Assembly (NCBI GenBank): GCA_964016885.1
Contig: OZ024743.1
Location: forward strand, 95,666,001-95,730,000
Length of the DNA: 64,000 nt
Direction of reading: 5' to 3'
Source of the DNA: Eledone cirrhosa
Taxonomy: Eukaryota
Both the position numbers and the translations under genes were made by a program. The number at the start of each line of letters is the position of its first letter. Position 1 is the stretch's first letter. This document shows positions 41,115-55,927 of this stretch, piece after piece. The notes below the pieces were generated by a model. The model had not been told where the DNA came from. It saw only the letters and a program-made list of their open reading frames with translations, and did not search any database.

Positions 41115-41520
41115 TCGAAATTTAACAAAGGAATATAATAGACAAAATCCATGGGGCTGAAAATCAGAGACATGAGGGCGACCGAACATTTAGCAGCTTC
41201 TATCCCGGTCGGCCGCCCTCAAGTGGTGATTATTAAGCCTACTTATGTCCATCTAGTGAAGGGGCGTAGGTTTATAGTGTACTACTACACCCTGCCAAAG
41301 ACAGAGGCCAGCGTTGAGGTCAGGTCACAATCAAGCTGGTTATTCGTGCTAGAAAGTGCCGCGAAAAAATGTTATCAAAGAACATATATCTTAACAAATC
41401 TATATATCTATATATATTATATATAGTGGGCGTTTGCATGGTTTAATGTATGGACGGAAATTAAGATTAACAATTAGAAACATTAAATTAATGTTTAGAG
41501 TTAGAAGATGCCATTATATA

Positions 41521-41610
<90 letters not shown>

Positions 41611-41613
<3 letters not shown>

Positions 41614-42083
41614 GAATGGAATAGCAACATCACAACTTACAATTAAGGACAAAATGAAAACACACACACACATAAAACAAACAACCAACCAATAACATGT
41701 AAATAAACAAATATAAACATACACAGACACCCGGATGTAACACATGCGCAAATTAAGCACACAACAAAAACAAGAGGGCGTAGGACAGAACAAAGGAGAG
41801 GCACAAAAACAAAGAAAAGAATCACCAGTCACTGAAGAGGTCACAGAATGTGTGACGAAAGAACTTTGACAATATATGAACAATCGTCTGGTTGTGGAAC
41901 CAACCAACCAACCAATCGGAAATTTATAAATTCCTAAATTTATAAATTTAATTTATAATAAATTGAAGTGAAACTTATGGTGAGTGTGTTTCTTATTGGC
42001 AAGATGACCCTCCCAAAGCATAACAATATCGGTTTCAACACACATTTTCAGATAAAGAATCTTGCTAAACAAATTCAGTAACG

Positions 42084-42088
<5 letters not shown>
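41611..42088 (+). mobile_element. 5'-truncated PLE-2 family copy (pLTR only)
   Basis: Homologous to 23476-23968 (HEWNSNITTYN*, HHR, same 3' end ...acgaaatata), lying between TA tracts. Confidence 0.88.
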
Positions 42089-42930
<842 letters not shown>

Positions 42931-43078
42931 GATTTTGAGTTTATGTTGGTTGTATACCAACACCTCAGTATGCAGGCTGGAGCACTCGACGAAGTGCGCA
43001 GGTTGGTTTGGTTACTCCGGAGTAGTGTAAAATAAAGTTAAATAAAAGTCAAATGATTAAAATTTAGCTTCGTTTATT

Positions 43079-43133
43079 ACTGCTATATATATTTCAGTGA
43101 TAGCCATCTTTGGCTGTGACCTCTTCAGGCAGT
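43079..43133 (-). ncRNA. Type I hammerhead ribozyme, same family as 429-484
   Basis: actgc-CTGAAGA-ggtcacagccaaagatggctatcact-GAAA-tatata-TA-gcagt-AATAAA. Confidence 0.75.
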
Positions 43134-43439
43134 TTGAATTAGTATGGTATAGACAAGTACATATGTTATTTAGGTGTATGATATTGTCAATACTCTGATA
43201 TGCCCAGTTCCTTGTTGGGTTGTTAATTCACTGGGGAACTGGAGTCATATGAATTCAAACAAACGAATTTTCGTGTCACAGGTCCCCTTCTCCTCTCATT
43301 GGTCAGTTATTAGAACATTCCTCATTCTAAGTGTTGTTATTGTTGGAGTTAGCTTAAAAATTGATAAAATGGTAGAAGGGACAAGGTGTTAAAGGAACAA
43401 AATAACAAACAAAGTGTCAAACTTCCCATTGTTCAGTTC

Positions 43440-43647
43440 TGAGAGCATTCCTCAGTCAGAAGTCTATAGAATTCTTTCTGCCTCACCCCAGAAAGAATTC
43501 TATAGACTTCTGACTAGAATTAGCCGTCGAAACGGCTTGAGCTCAGCCGTCGGGGTCCTACTCGTTCCTATTACCCTCTCTACTACCCTAAGTATTGAGT
43601 ACTTTGGTGCTTTATGGTCCACCTGGTTCCTTACCGCATTTCCTTCG

Positions 43648-43650
<3 letters not shown>
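43440..43650 (+). mobile_element. Third copy of the half-HHR element, preceded by a different 27-bp-arm hairpin
   Basis: agtcagaagtctatagaattctttctg-cctcaccc-cagaaagaattctatagacttctgact is followed by tagccgtc-GAAA-cggc-ttgagctca-gccg-TC-ggggtcc and the same tail as 13600-13700. Confidence 0.65.
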
Positions 43651-43705
<55 letters not shown>

Positions 43706-43709
43706 ATAT

Positions 43710-43992
43710 TACGACAGGGGGGAAGAAAAAATGGCTTCACTTGTGCTTTCAACAAATTTATTTTCTTCACAAAATCCAAAAAGAATTTAAAAAAAAAATT
43801 ATTTTATAAATTAACTTGTTGGTCAACAACTTAATTTTTTTAACAACTTAATTTTTAACAACTTATTTTTTTTAAAATTCTTTTTGGATTTTGTGAAGAA
43901 AATAAATTTGTTGAAAGCACAAGTGAAGCCATTTTTTCTTCCCCCCTGTCTTAATATACCTAACTGTACCAAGGATTACACACATTTTCCAA
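43710..43992. repeat. Fold-back element in a (TA)n tract
   Basis: Arms at about 43713-43800 and 43865-43950, plus a one-sided tail. Confidence 0.8.
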
Positions 43993-44356
43993 TATATATA
44001 TATATATACAGTCAATCCTCTGAGCTTCCAAACAGCCTCCTCCTAATGCCAACTATTTTAGAGAGTGCACTGATTGTATTTTCTCATGGCACCTCTCTCA
44101 CTCCCCTTTCTCTCTCTCTCTCTCTCCCCCCTCTCTCTCTCTCTCTCTCTCTCTGTATATATATATATATATGAGGTGCCAAGATAAAATACAATCAGTG
44201 CACTCTATAAAATGGTTGGCATTATGAAGGGTATCCAGTTGTAGAACCCATGCCAAAATATTGAACGAATGAGCAAGACGTGGCTCGCAAGCTCGTCTAA
44301 TTTTCGACCGTGACGATCCGTCCAATCGTTGTCAGCATGGAAAGTAGAGGTAAAAA

Positions 44357-44570
44357 GAATGATGATGATGGTGATGATGATGATGATGATGGTGATGATG
44401 ATGGAGATGATGATGATGGTGATGATGATGGAAATGCTGATGCTGATGCTGATGGTGATGGTGATGATGATGATGATGATGATGATGGAGATGATGATGA
44501 TGATGGTGATGATGGTGATGATGGTGATGATGATGGTGATGATGTGGAGGAACATGATGAGGAGGAGGAG
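44357..44570. repeat. (GAT)n-type trinucleotide microsatellite
   Basis: Imperfect GAT/GGT/GCT repeat. Confidence 0.95.
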
Positions 44571-46677
44571 ATAGAGGATTACGAGAGATGTACGTAAGTA
44601 TTAACACTTTTAAAGTATGTTATTTGAATTGTGTAGGTGCAGATAAAATAATAGTAGTATTCTTGCTCTGTAATTTAGCCTCATCTTAATCAAATGTTAT
44701 ATTAAGGACAGACGAAAGTAATATTGCAGTCTGCTCCCAAAGCTGCCGAAAAAAGGTGAATCAGTTTCTGAACAGCCACATCTATTTTAGTTTTTCAGTC
44801 ATTTAACTGATTACAGTCTGAGAGTCTTCTCTTGGCTATTGTCTGAAGTACTTTTTTATCTCAAATAATATGTTCGCTGAATTAATAGGCTCGCACCATA
44901 CTGTCATATGTATATATTTTTCTCTGTGTATGAGTATATGTGTTGTGTGACTATGTGAATGTTTGAGATGAAAAGAGAATATGCTAGTACATTGCTATGT
45001 AAAACACTAATAGTGCAGGAGATAATAGGACAGGGTATTGATGACTGGCTTGGCAAGATGATATTGAAAGAAATACAAGTAGTAGTTTCTTACATGTTTA
45101 TAGAGAAACCCTCAATTTTGATCATTGTTCTAAAGAGTAGGAGTTATCAAGATATTTTCATCCTAAATTACTTCCTGGGTTGATATATTGGATGCAGTAT
45201 GGACGGATAGTCAAGAGGTTTGTTTCGCAATCATTAGGTCCCGGGTTTGATTCTACTGTGTGGTATCTTGAGCAAGTTTCATTTACCATAGATTCGGATC
45301 GAGCCATGTATTTTGAATGAAACAAGTAAGATGGAAACTGTTTAGAAACCGGTCGGGTGGACTTTACCTCTAATTCAGAAAGCCATCATTGTTACACGGT
45401 GTCATATTGAATATCCTTGATAATTACATTAAGGGTACACGTGTCTGTGGAAGGCTGAATCATATACACATTAATTTCATGAGTAACTTGTTTTGATGAT
45501 CGAAAAACTGCAACAGTCATCGTCGAAAGCCACGTAGGCTCATTCCTTATTCCTTTATTTGATTGATACAACAGTTTTGTTTTTGTAAATCTTTTACTAA
45601 ATAAGTGAGACAGGAATCCCTGAGTGGTTGAGTAGTTCGCTTCGTAAACTCTAGGTTCTGTCTCACTGCGCGGCACTTTGAGCATGTCTTCCATCATAGC
45701 TTTGGGTTGACCAATGCCTTCTGATTAAAGTGTGTGTGTATGCGGGCAGAGGGTTATGTCTTTAAGTTACTGGTTCGAAAAAAAAGAGATCGATGGAATA
45801 AGTTCCATGATTGAGAAATAGATGCTGAAGTCGATATGATCGATTAAATCAAGACTGCGTGGCCGCAGTACTGACTGAAACAAATAAAAAACACAAGAAA
45901 AGTTTCTATTCTTATATCCCCTTTAGTTTAATTTATTAGGCGGAAAAATATTATATAAAACTACCCAAAGTTCTGTTAATTAAATAGTTCGCCAAATAGA
46001 CTCAACAAGAGAAAATATTTTTAATTAAATGTTTTATGGGTAAGTGATTACGATATTAATTACTTAATTGTTGGGGTTTTCTGGGTTAAATTCCATTAAT
46101 TTCAGTGGGGAATCAAGTATATTTAGTTACCATAGTGATATATTAATGATTAGCATTTTCTATATTAAATTTAAAGATTTTTTCTAATACGTAGCGTAAT
46201 GTGAATGACGTGTCATCATTTGTCACTGACAGAATTTTAAATGATTAACCGTTATATACTTTAGATTAAATGTTGAATACAAACTCCCAGTAAGGTTGAT
46301 TTATGAATTTAAGTTATAATGGATAAACATCTACTTTCCCGACATTTGTACATTATTCTATGTGCTACAGATGCACCTTTGATGAGTTGTAGTGCACCTG
46401 AGCACTGTACACAATAATTTCATCATGCAGTGAAACACACGCTCTATTGTATTAATAGACATCTTACTGAAGTATGTTTGATCACTCACATTTTGAATCA
46501 AGTATCATTAAAAAATTAACAATGAAAAAATAAACATTTGATGACATATTATTGAGTATACAAGGATAGTCCTTACAGTTTTAATTATATCAAGATTGCA
46601 GTTTCTCTTAAGGGTTAAAGTAGTACATTAGCTTCAAATAAGAACAATATTACATCATGATATGAGAAATACGGATT

Positions 46678-46960
46678 TCTAATTATGGCCCAAAGTTAGT
46701 AACTTGGGGGAAGGGAAAGTCAATTAAACCGACCCAGTAAATGACTGGTACTTTATTTCTAATTTTGGCCCAAAGTTAGTAACTTAGGGGAAGGGAAAGT
46801 TAATTAAACCGACGCAGTAAATGACTGCTACTTTATTTCTAATTTTGGTACAAAGTTAGTAACTTAGGGGAAGAGAGGGTCAATTAAACCGACCCAGTAA
46901 ATGACTGGTACTTTATTTGCTCGACCCCGGAAAGATGAATGGCAAGTTGACCTTGGAGGG
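46678..46960 (-). mobile_element. Family-A SINE 3' part with a triplicated segment of about 80 bp
   Basis: tttctaatt.tggcccaaagttagtaactt...ccagtaaatgactggtacttta occurs three times, followed by the SINE body. Confidence 0.65.
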
Positions 46961-47444
46961 ATATGAATTCGTAATATGATAAATATTGATTACTATAAAC
47001 AACTTCTATATTGTGTGACACTAAAAGCATATTTGTTAAATAGACGGAGAGAAGCAGTAGTATGAGGTTAATCTCAACACCTGATGGGTGCTGCATCACT
47101 CGGGTAAGGTAAAGAGAAGAAGAAATCAATATGTCATGTTATTACACAAGCGTTGGAAAGTGATTATTCAATAGATATTATGAAAATATAGTCAGTGCGA
47201 ACTTAGAACTGCTGAACTGATATATCGAAAGTGATACAGAAGGAACACTCATCGATATCTGCAGAAACATCTGCTTCGATATTTATTCCAGAAAATGAAA
47301 GATTCTCAATGCGGAGATGGAGAGAGTGTTCCTCTTACAGATCTGCCAGAAATGAAACATATATATCTGAGAATGAGGAACACCTGCTTGCCATGCACAG
47401 CTTCTAATTAGCTAAATCTAATAAATAATTAGAAATAAATAAAG

Positions 47445-47553
<109 letters not shown>

Positions 47554-48042
47554 TATGGACGCATCTTGTACATATGGCTAAGAAATTTGCTTCACAATCA
47601 TTAGGTCTCAGGTTTGCTCTCAGTGCATGACATCTTGGGCAAGTTTCCTCTACCTCAGATTGACCCATGCCTATCGAATGAAGCTAGAAAGACAGAAACT
47701 ATCTGGAAAATCCCGAATGGATTGTACTTTTAATTCACGCCACATCTCCCTGAGAATTACGTGAAAGTACACGTGTCTGTAGAATACTCAGCCACATACT
47801 CGTTAATTTCATGAGCTGATCAACCGACTAGAATTCGTCAAAGCCAATGAAGGTCCATTCTTATGTACAAGGAAATATGTGGACTATGTTAATAGCTTTC
47901 GTTTGAATGTACTGGAGTACCAAATGGTGTTCCTTAGAATGACAATAACCTTGACTGAACCTAACAATACCATTAAAGGCATTCCAACATGACTACTCTT
48001 TTTTAGAGAGGGTGTATATGAGTAATGTGGAAAGTGTCTGAA

Positions 48043-48600
48043 TTTTATATATAATGATTGGAGGACTGCGAGACTGTGCCACAGATATTTTCTCTGAACA
48101 CATTATTAAAATAAGTTGGATTACTTTGAATAAATCATGATGAATATTATGTAATTTATCTACTAAATTTGATAGCTCTTGATTAAACAAATATTCTTAT
48201 ATATAGTGTATTGCTTATTTTAAGATTCGCTTCTTCAAAAATTTTCAAATGTCTACAGTTCCGGTTAGTGTCTGTACGCTATATTATATCGCTTATATAA
48301 TCGTTCATATATTTGCATAGTTATATAACATTTATATTTCCGCCGCTAATTTTCTCCTTTTTCGTTTTCATAACATTTTGTCATAATGCAGTTTACATAT
48401 AATATCGTCTTTTTTTAAATGTATCATAGATTACTTTACTGATTACAGAGGTGAGTGTAACACACTCTCTCTTTTCTGTGCATATTGTCAATAGCGATTT
48501 TATTTGACGTATATCTACATGCATATATATTTGCGTATAATATCAATATGCACACTACACATGCTAGCAGAAAACCACCCGAATGATGGTTTTCTGCTAG
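48043..48600 (+). mobile_element. Non-autonomous Helitron-like element
   Basis: Ends in the hairpin ctagcagaaaacca-cccgaatga-tggttttctgCTAG followed by T. It is homologous along its length to 57569-58099 (-). The 5' end is degenerate. Confidence 0.6.
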
Positions 48601-51600
48601 TTTTCGTTAATTAAGACGTTAAGGTTCACTTCTTATTGTTATTTCTAGTGTTTTGTGGCCTTCATTGGTTCATAATGTCAGTATTGGTGCTCAATGAATG
48701 CGAGCTGAATGTAAACTTTATATTACAGAATTTCAATGTTTATTGCATCAAATACGACCTTCAAGTCCCTTTGAAACAGAGGCTACTGAATTTGTGGGAT
48801 ACTTGCATATGTAATAGGCAATGTTTTCATTGCTTTGTTACAAGTTTCTGAAGAAATTCTCTTATAATTGAAGCGGTTTAGTAAGAACTGCTGATACTAA
48901 CAACCGTGGTAGTTAAATGATATTGTCGTGTCATCTGCATACCATAGTACTAACTGTCCTTGATAAGGATATTATGGAGGAGAAATGGCAGTTATTTGGC
49001 TAATCGCCTTGGTTGTATAGACATTAAGCAAGTAAGGTAGGCGTCATAGGAACCATAGTGCACGTCACTAAGATGAAAGATTTATTTTAGTGTACGTTTC
49101 TAATTATGTTTCTTTTAGTTAGAGATGAGATATATATAAGATACATATATCCTTTGAGTTTTGAGATTTTCTTTGAGCTCAGATAACTCGGTATATAATG
49201 ATGCTGCTCTGGCAGATTACCAATCTAAAATCTTCGGGAAACGAAATTCGTGTTCTTACTTTCTTTTTCTCCTTCTCTGGAAGATCTCCATTAATCATTT
49301 ACCTCGACATATAAAAAATAATCTACATCCTATTCTTTAATTTTCTATTGTATCCTCGCTAAACCTTTTCTTAGGATCAATGTTTCTTAAAATAAAAAGA
49401 AATCAATGATCTATTCACGTTAAAAACAAATTTCAAAATACAATATATATTTCCAGTCAACATCTAATATTAATGAATGTACTTACACCTGGAACTATCT
49501 CAATCCATTTGTTTCTGTTGAAGCCTTGCATTAGCAAAATAGCGTAAATTACTATTCCTTTGCAAACAGAGTAAAGTGATTTAAAGAAATATCATTCCAA
49601 TACCATACGTACCCCTATCCAGGATTTAAAGAAACATTATTTCACATTGCAATACCGACGTAACGTTAACTCGAATTTAAAGAAACATTATCTGAAAATC
49701 GGCCGTACCTTTAACCAGGGTTTCTTTGATAGTAGAGTGAAACGATTTAAACAAGCGTTATTTCAATAGTGGACATAGTGTTATGTACAGTTTACTTGGA
49801 AAGGGAAGGTAGAGGTAAAAGGTCTTAAGAAACGATACTCCAGTACACTGAAAGGCATACTTAAACAGAAGCTGAGGTGTATGGGAATAACGGTTCTTTA
49901 AATCAGTTCACTCTACTTTCCTCTTTCAAAAGGTGTCACACTCCCAGTGCTCTAACAGCACGCCGGACACGAAGTGGCTGTGCAATATAACGGGGCGTGT
50001 GGTCTCAGCTCAGTCTTCTTGGAAGGGGGCCAGTCTAGGAAAAGGACAACGGGCATAAATACTTATTATTTGTGAGTGTCCTCGTAGAGGCGAAGGCTAC
50101 GGAAATTACTCTCCTAAGTAAATTGGGTTTGAGAAGTCGAAGCCCACCGACCCTATTCATCTCGAAGAGAGCATGAAGACACAATGGCTAGTTAGAAGTG
50201 TGAAGGTTGTATCTGAGGTTCCCGACCCTCGACTATGAGGATGCGATTTATGCATTCATTAGCAAAATCGTATTGAACATACGTAAACTTTCACTTCAGT
50301 CACAAATTATTCTTGCTACTTAACCCTAGAAAGAATTGACCCACTTGGGCTTCTATGATGATTATTCCAGTTCTTCGATCAACAGGATAGACTAAACATG
50401 TAAGTAGCTGGTCATTTTACAATCACGTGTATACTGAACATAATTCCCGAGGAGTTTCAGTATGACACAGCGCATGTCAAGCCTTTTGAATTGTTGGTGC
50501 AGTCTATCTGACGGGCTTCTAAGCAGTTTCCGTCTTCCACTTTCTCTCAGGAAGCATGGGTCGACTGGAGGTTATGACAAATGACACTTGCTCAAGCTGC
50601 CACGTGGTGGGGTTTATCCCGGAATCCAATGATTGCGGACGCAGGGTTGAATAGTTAAGACATTCGCTGTCCCTGTAATTCGAAAGGCCAGCCTTGTCAC
50701 ATACTGTCATCTTCAAGAATGCACATATCAGTGGAATAGTCAGCCACTTACGTATTAATTTCATGAGAAAGATATTCAGTTGATCGAAAAACTGGAACAC
50801 CGATCGTCGAAACTGACGGCGGTCCATTCCATACAAAGGGATCCGCTGCACTATTATGACAAATGAACTCAGGATATTCCTAGGATCTAAAACGTCATAG
50901 AACACTTAGAAATTAATTGCATCTTAAGAGGCGAGCGAAACGGAGTTTTACTGAGATATTTGGTTGATGATTGAACATGAAAGAAGTTGTCGGAAATAAT
51001 GAGACGTTAATGACACAATTTATCAGTTTACTAGAAATTGATGCTGCTGCTTTTCTTCCGCCTCTCACTCTTAGTATTCTACATTTCACTGAAGTGCTTT
51101 TTCCGCGATAAAAACGAACCAGCTTCTATTTAATTTAAACTTCAACCTGTTTCTCTGTCAGTCTTTCTCTGAAGTTTCAGAAAACTAAACTAAATGATTT
51201 CTGTAATGCAATATAATCATGAAACTAAATGAACTGATTTATTATATGACAGAAAGAAAGGCTTAAGGTGTTTTACTAAGGGCAAATATTGAAGTATTTG
51301 TATAAGAATAGAAAAGTTAATATTGATTTTCTTTTATTTAGGCATTTTATCAACCCAAGAATGATGAAAATCAAAGATGACCTTGCCAGGATTTCAACTC
51401 AGAATATAATGAGTCTGAACAAATACTGCAGTGGTATTTTATCCGACGCCAGAACAATTCTAATAATCCACCACCCTTGTATACAACTAGAATTGGTTGC
51501 AATACGCTGGCCTGTGTATGAGTATATAGATATAAATACACAGACACGCTTACAAAAATATCCACTCACAGATATATAGTCACACAAATGCACATACATT

Positions 51601-52194
51601 CACACAAACACACACATTTACACAAACACACACACACATTTACACAAACACACACACACATACATTCACACAGACACACACTTTTACACAAACAGATACA
51701 TTCACACAAATACACACACATACATTCACACAAACACACACACACATTTACACAAACGCACACACATACATTTACACAAACACACACACATATATACTCA
51801 CACATAATGTAGCAAATGGATTTGAACTCAGATCATAAAGGGCTGCAACTCTTTGCTGCAAAGCATGGCGTCCGACCCTCTACTGATACTGCCAATCCAC
51901 CGCCCTAATATATATAGATTATTATTTAACCTGAATGACAAATAAGTCTGACTAACTTAAACATAATCTGGAATCTAGTCTATTTCAGGAATATTCAAGA
52001 TAGGAGGCAATTTGAAGGTAATTTCAGCCATAGAAGATTGTCCAATATTAAATGTGTTTAGTGAATAAAATACTCTTGTGTAGGGACAATTCAAGATTTT
52101 AAAACAGTCCTTGGATTGGTATTAGTTTAAATATTTTATTTATAGGTACCATAAGGTTGTCAGCATCGACCTATATGAATTAATTGTTTCCATC

Positions 52195-52375
52195 TTTTGG
52201 CACAAGGCCAGCAATTATTCCAGTGTATTACTGGTACTTTATTTTATCGACCTCGTAAGGATGAAAGGCAAAGTTAATCTCGGCGAGATTTGAATTCAGA
52301 ACATAAAGGGCCGTAACTCTTTGCTGCAAAGCATGGCCTCCGACCCCCTACCGATACTGCCTATCCACCGCCCTT
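52195..52375 (-). mobile_element. Family-A SINE
   Basis: Reverse-complement match to 8738-8945. Similar copies lie at about 51330-51470, 51810-51905, 56960-57070 and 60060-60240. Confidence 0.75.
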
Positions 52376-52597
52376 ATGAATTAATGTGAATTAACTTGTT
52401 TAAATAAATCAATGTGGATTATATATGACTATTTTATTGAGAAAGAATATTTCTCTGATTCAACCTGTTCTCAATAATGTTCACAAAGAAACTTTCTGTT
52501 ATACTCACCAGTCAACATTTTAACCATAGTAACCATGCACTCATTGTACATACCTTCTCTTTCTCTCTTTCACACTCTCTCCCTCTCTTCTCTCACA

Positions 52598-52668
<71 letters not shown>

Positions 52669-55600
52669 TCGTCCTTCTCTTTTCCCTCGTATCACCTCTC
52701 TTCTCTTCCCCCTCTCTGTCTCTCACTCACATTCTCTCTCTCTCTCTCTCTCTCTCTCCATCTCGTCCTTCTCTTTTCCCTCGTATCCCCTCTCTTCTCT
52801 TCCCCCTCTCTCTCTCTCACTCACATTCTCTCTCTCTCCACCTCGTCCCTCTCTTCTCTCCCCCCTATCTCACTCTCTCACTCACTCCACCTCTTTTCCC
52901 TCGTATCCCCTCTCTTCTCTCCCCTCTCTCTCAATCTCTCTCTTTCTTCCTGTCTCTCTATATTTCCCTCCCTCTCTCATTCTATTTTTCTCCCCACACT
53001 TTCAGTTCACTTATCTATCTGTTTTATCTTATTCTCTTGTTACACTCTATTCTATTATCTCGAACATTCTATCGTTCTATGTTCCTCTTCAGAGTTCCCC
53101 TTCAACAAGTGGCACCCGTCTGTAGACCATATTTACGTTATGTCTCCAGGAAAATTTTGGTGGAGAAGAGATTCCAGAAAAGTATATCTGCAAAGAGGGA
53201 GAGTTGGGAAAACATCTCTAATGTCGAGTGTAGAAAATTAGACACAGTATAACTGAAGAGAAGAATAGTATCAGGTAGATCTAGGTGAGGGATATATATA
53301 TAGTTGAGAAGAATAGTGTGAGGTGGAACTAGCTGGAGGGATATATATAGCTGACTGCTTCAGAACGGAAAGGTCATTGTAGTAAATGAAGCTGAAAGAG
53401 GAAAAAGGGCATCTGTGAATCAGTAATTGTAGACAGTTATATAGGATCGAGATATTCAAATCTTTCATTCTGAGATGTTTACTTCTTTTGGTTAGTTAGA
53501 ACTGGAATAACAGGCTCTTACACTCCTTATATTGAAATATCTTTGTGATAAATGGAATCGAAGAAATAAGCAATTGCACATAGCCCTAGTCAAATTTCTC
53601 TTGCTAATAAATAGATGTGGCTTATATCCAGATATATCTTTTGTAGGTTGAAGTTGTGAGAAGACGCAAAGATCTATTTGTAACCAGCTGTATCCTTGGT
53701 ATACAAAATTAATAAAAGAGTTTAGAGTGGTATCTAAGAAGTGATGTTTCCCCTCCGTCGTTTTCTACTATGTGTGTTCCAGTTGATTCAAGCAATAATC
53801 TGCCTACTCGTGAAATTAACTTGCTGCCTTATTTTAGTTGGCAGGGTGATACAGCGAGGTACAATGTGTGCCAGGCTCAATCCTTTAAATAACAGGTACA
53901 ACTCATTTTTTCCAGCCGAGTAGACTGGAGCAACGTGAAATGAAATCTTGCTGAAGGAAAAAACGCGCCACTCGATTCGGAAATGGAACGTAAGCCGAAC
54001 ACCCTACCCACCAAGTCATGCACCTTCACTAAGAAGTGATATACAGCAGTGAAACACTAGTCAAATAGATTTTGTGATATGTAATTTATTAATTCAGAGG
54101 AACAGATATTTATAATTTCTGTAAAAGAAACAAAGGGATTACATAGTTTGCATTAGGGTCATGCTTAAAGTAGACTGGCAGATGTACATCCATTGATGTA
54201 CCACACAGCTCAGGGTAGGGTTTAAAATAAGACAGAGAGTAGATGGATGTTATTAATGATATAGTTATTGTTGATAATGTTACCAGTTACGTTCATGCTA
54301 TTCATAATGATGATGCTGTTGTAATCACTGCTAATTTTTACCAGTATCATTATTAACTTTCTTCATAAGGATTTTCATATCTTTATTTTTTGAGGGCATA
54401 GTCAAAGCTCAAAGAATTCCTGTGCCTATGAGCCTTTGCAGAGACACTTTAACTACAGCGAGGAAAAGAGGGTTTATCCTCAGACTTATAATAGAGCTGA
54501 TTCTACTACGCTTAATGCGCCGAACAGCCAAGCGATAGTGTTAAACGAAGCGATGTACTTACACATTTATTTCACGAGCTGACTTTTCCGTTGATATCAT
54601 AACTGGAACACCCATCGTCGAAATCGACGGAGGCTCAATCCATATATTACTGCGCTCTTCAAGTATGTTGCAATAATCTCTCGAGTTATGGTTGTTATTG
54701 TTTTGCTAATGTTATTAAGTTACCATTTATATGAATATGGTATATTTTTGATATTACAACTTAGCCAGTGATATCACCATTACTGCTTTTGCGGCTATGA
54801 ATTCTGAAATTATGCAGTAGCTACTCCATCTATCTTTCCGCAACGTTGCAACCACCAAGTTACTGCTACAGAATTTCCCTTTGAATGTTCACTGAAGATA
54901 TAGAAGAATGCAGCAATTAAGTAATAATATTTGTCCTGATTCATTTTATTTAGGAAATTTTGGCATTATATTTTCATGAAATTGATTTAAGCAATAACAA
55001 TTCCACAGAATATAAGAGATGGAAGAAGGATGTCCTTTCAACTTTTTTCCATTTCAACATAATTGAACATATTATATATTATGTAGCAAATTTCTTCCAG
55101 ATTGTCTCTGTTCGTTTGAAAAGAATGCATTCTTCAATGTTAAAAGAATATTAATGTAAAGATGTGTTCTGACAATAACTATAAAGAATAAGATTAATAA
55201 TTAGAATTAGAAGTAAAAATAGAAAATAAACGATAAGCAGGAAATGTAAATGGAGAATTCAGTTCTAAATAAAAATCAGTGCTTTTCATTCTAAGATTCA
55301 GATAATGAATGCCATCCTAACATTCTCAGAGTCGATATTGGGCGTTTCCTCAGTATCCTTCACTTCCATTTGTTTTTCTTTAGTAGAACTAATCTCGCAT
55401 CAAACGTCGTACTGATGTGCATTGTAATTTGATTTTTGCTTGCTAAATTTCAATTGAAACATCAATAAACGTAGTTTTTGTTAAGATGCTAGATTTGTTA
55501 GTTTTGATGGCTTTTATTTTCTATATATTTTCTAATAGTTTACTGGTATATATTTATTCTAAAGTAAGGATATAGTATAACATTTACCTCATGTACAACA

Positions 55601-55794
55601 CAACAGGAACAACATGTGTATTAACAATTGAACTCTATTAAAAGTAATGTTTTTAATTTGTAATACTGTTTTGACATGAATATAGCTTTGAATAGCCTAC
55701 TATGGCTAATATTTCTATCCACATAGCCCTTAATTAATTTATTAGCAGTTCCATGGAAAATTTTAATGGGTGTCAAAGTAAGTCTCCAACAGGG

Positions 55795-55927
55795 AAACCT
55801 TTAAATGGCCACTCGAGATGTTAGGTTTAAACAGCCAAAACCTTTAAAAGGCCACTCGAGATGTTAGGTATAACAGCCCAAACCTTTAAAAGGCCATTGG
55901 CAATGTTAGGTATATAAGCCAAAACCT
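55795..55927. repeat. Tandem repeat of about 43 bp, three copies
   Basis: aaacctttaaa.ggccactcgagatgttaggt.taacagcc is repeated. Confidence 0.8.

Noticed and set aside
44205-44607. Poly-Asp, poly-His, poly-Met and poly-Ile ORFs
   Set aside because: All frames are open because of a (GAT)n microsatellite, and there is no evidence of an exon.
49575-49775. Motif atttaaagaaac.ttat repeated four times with variable spacers
   Set aside because: The spacers are themselves related and irregular in length. It is best read as an old degenerate tandem repeat, with another copy near 58595.
49950-50260. Possible RTE LINE 5' UTR fragment (gccagtctaggaaaaggacaac)
   Set aside because: The resemblance is short and from memory only, with no adjacent coding remnant.
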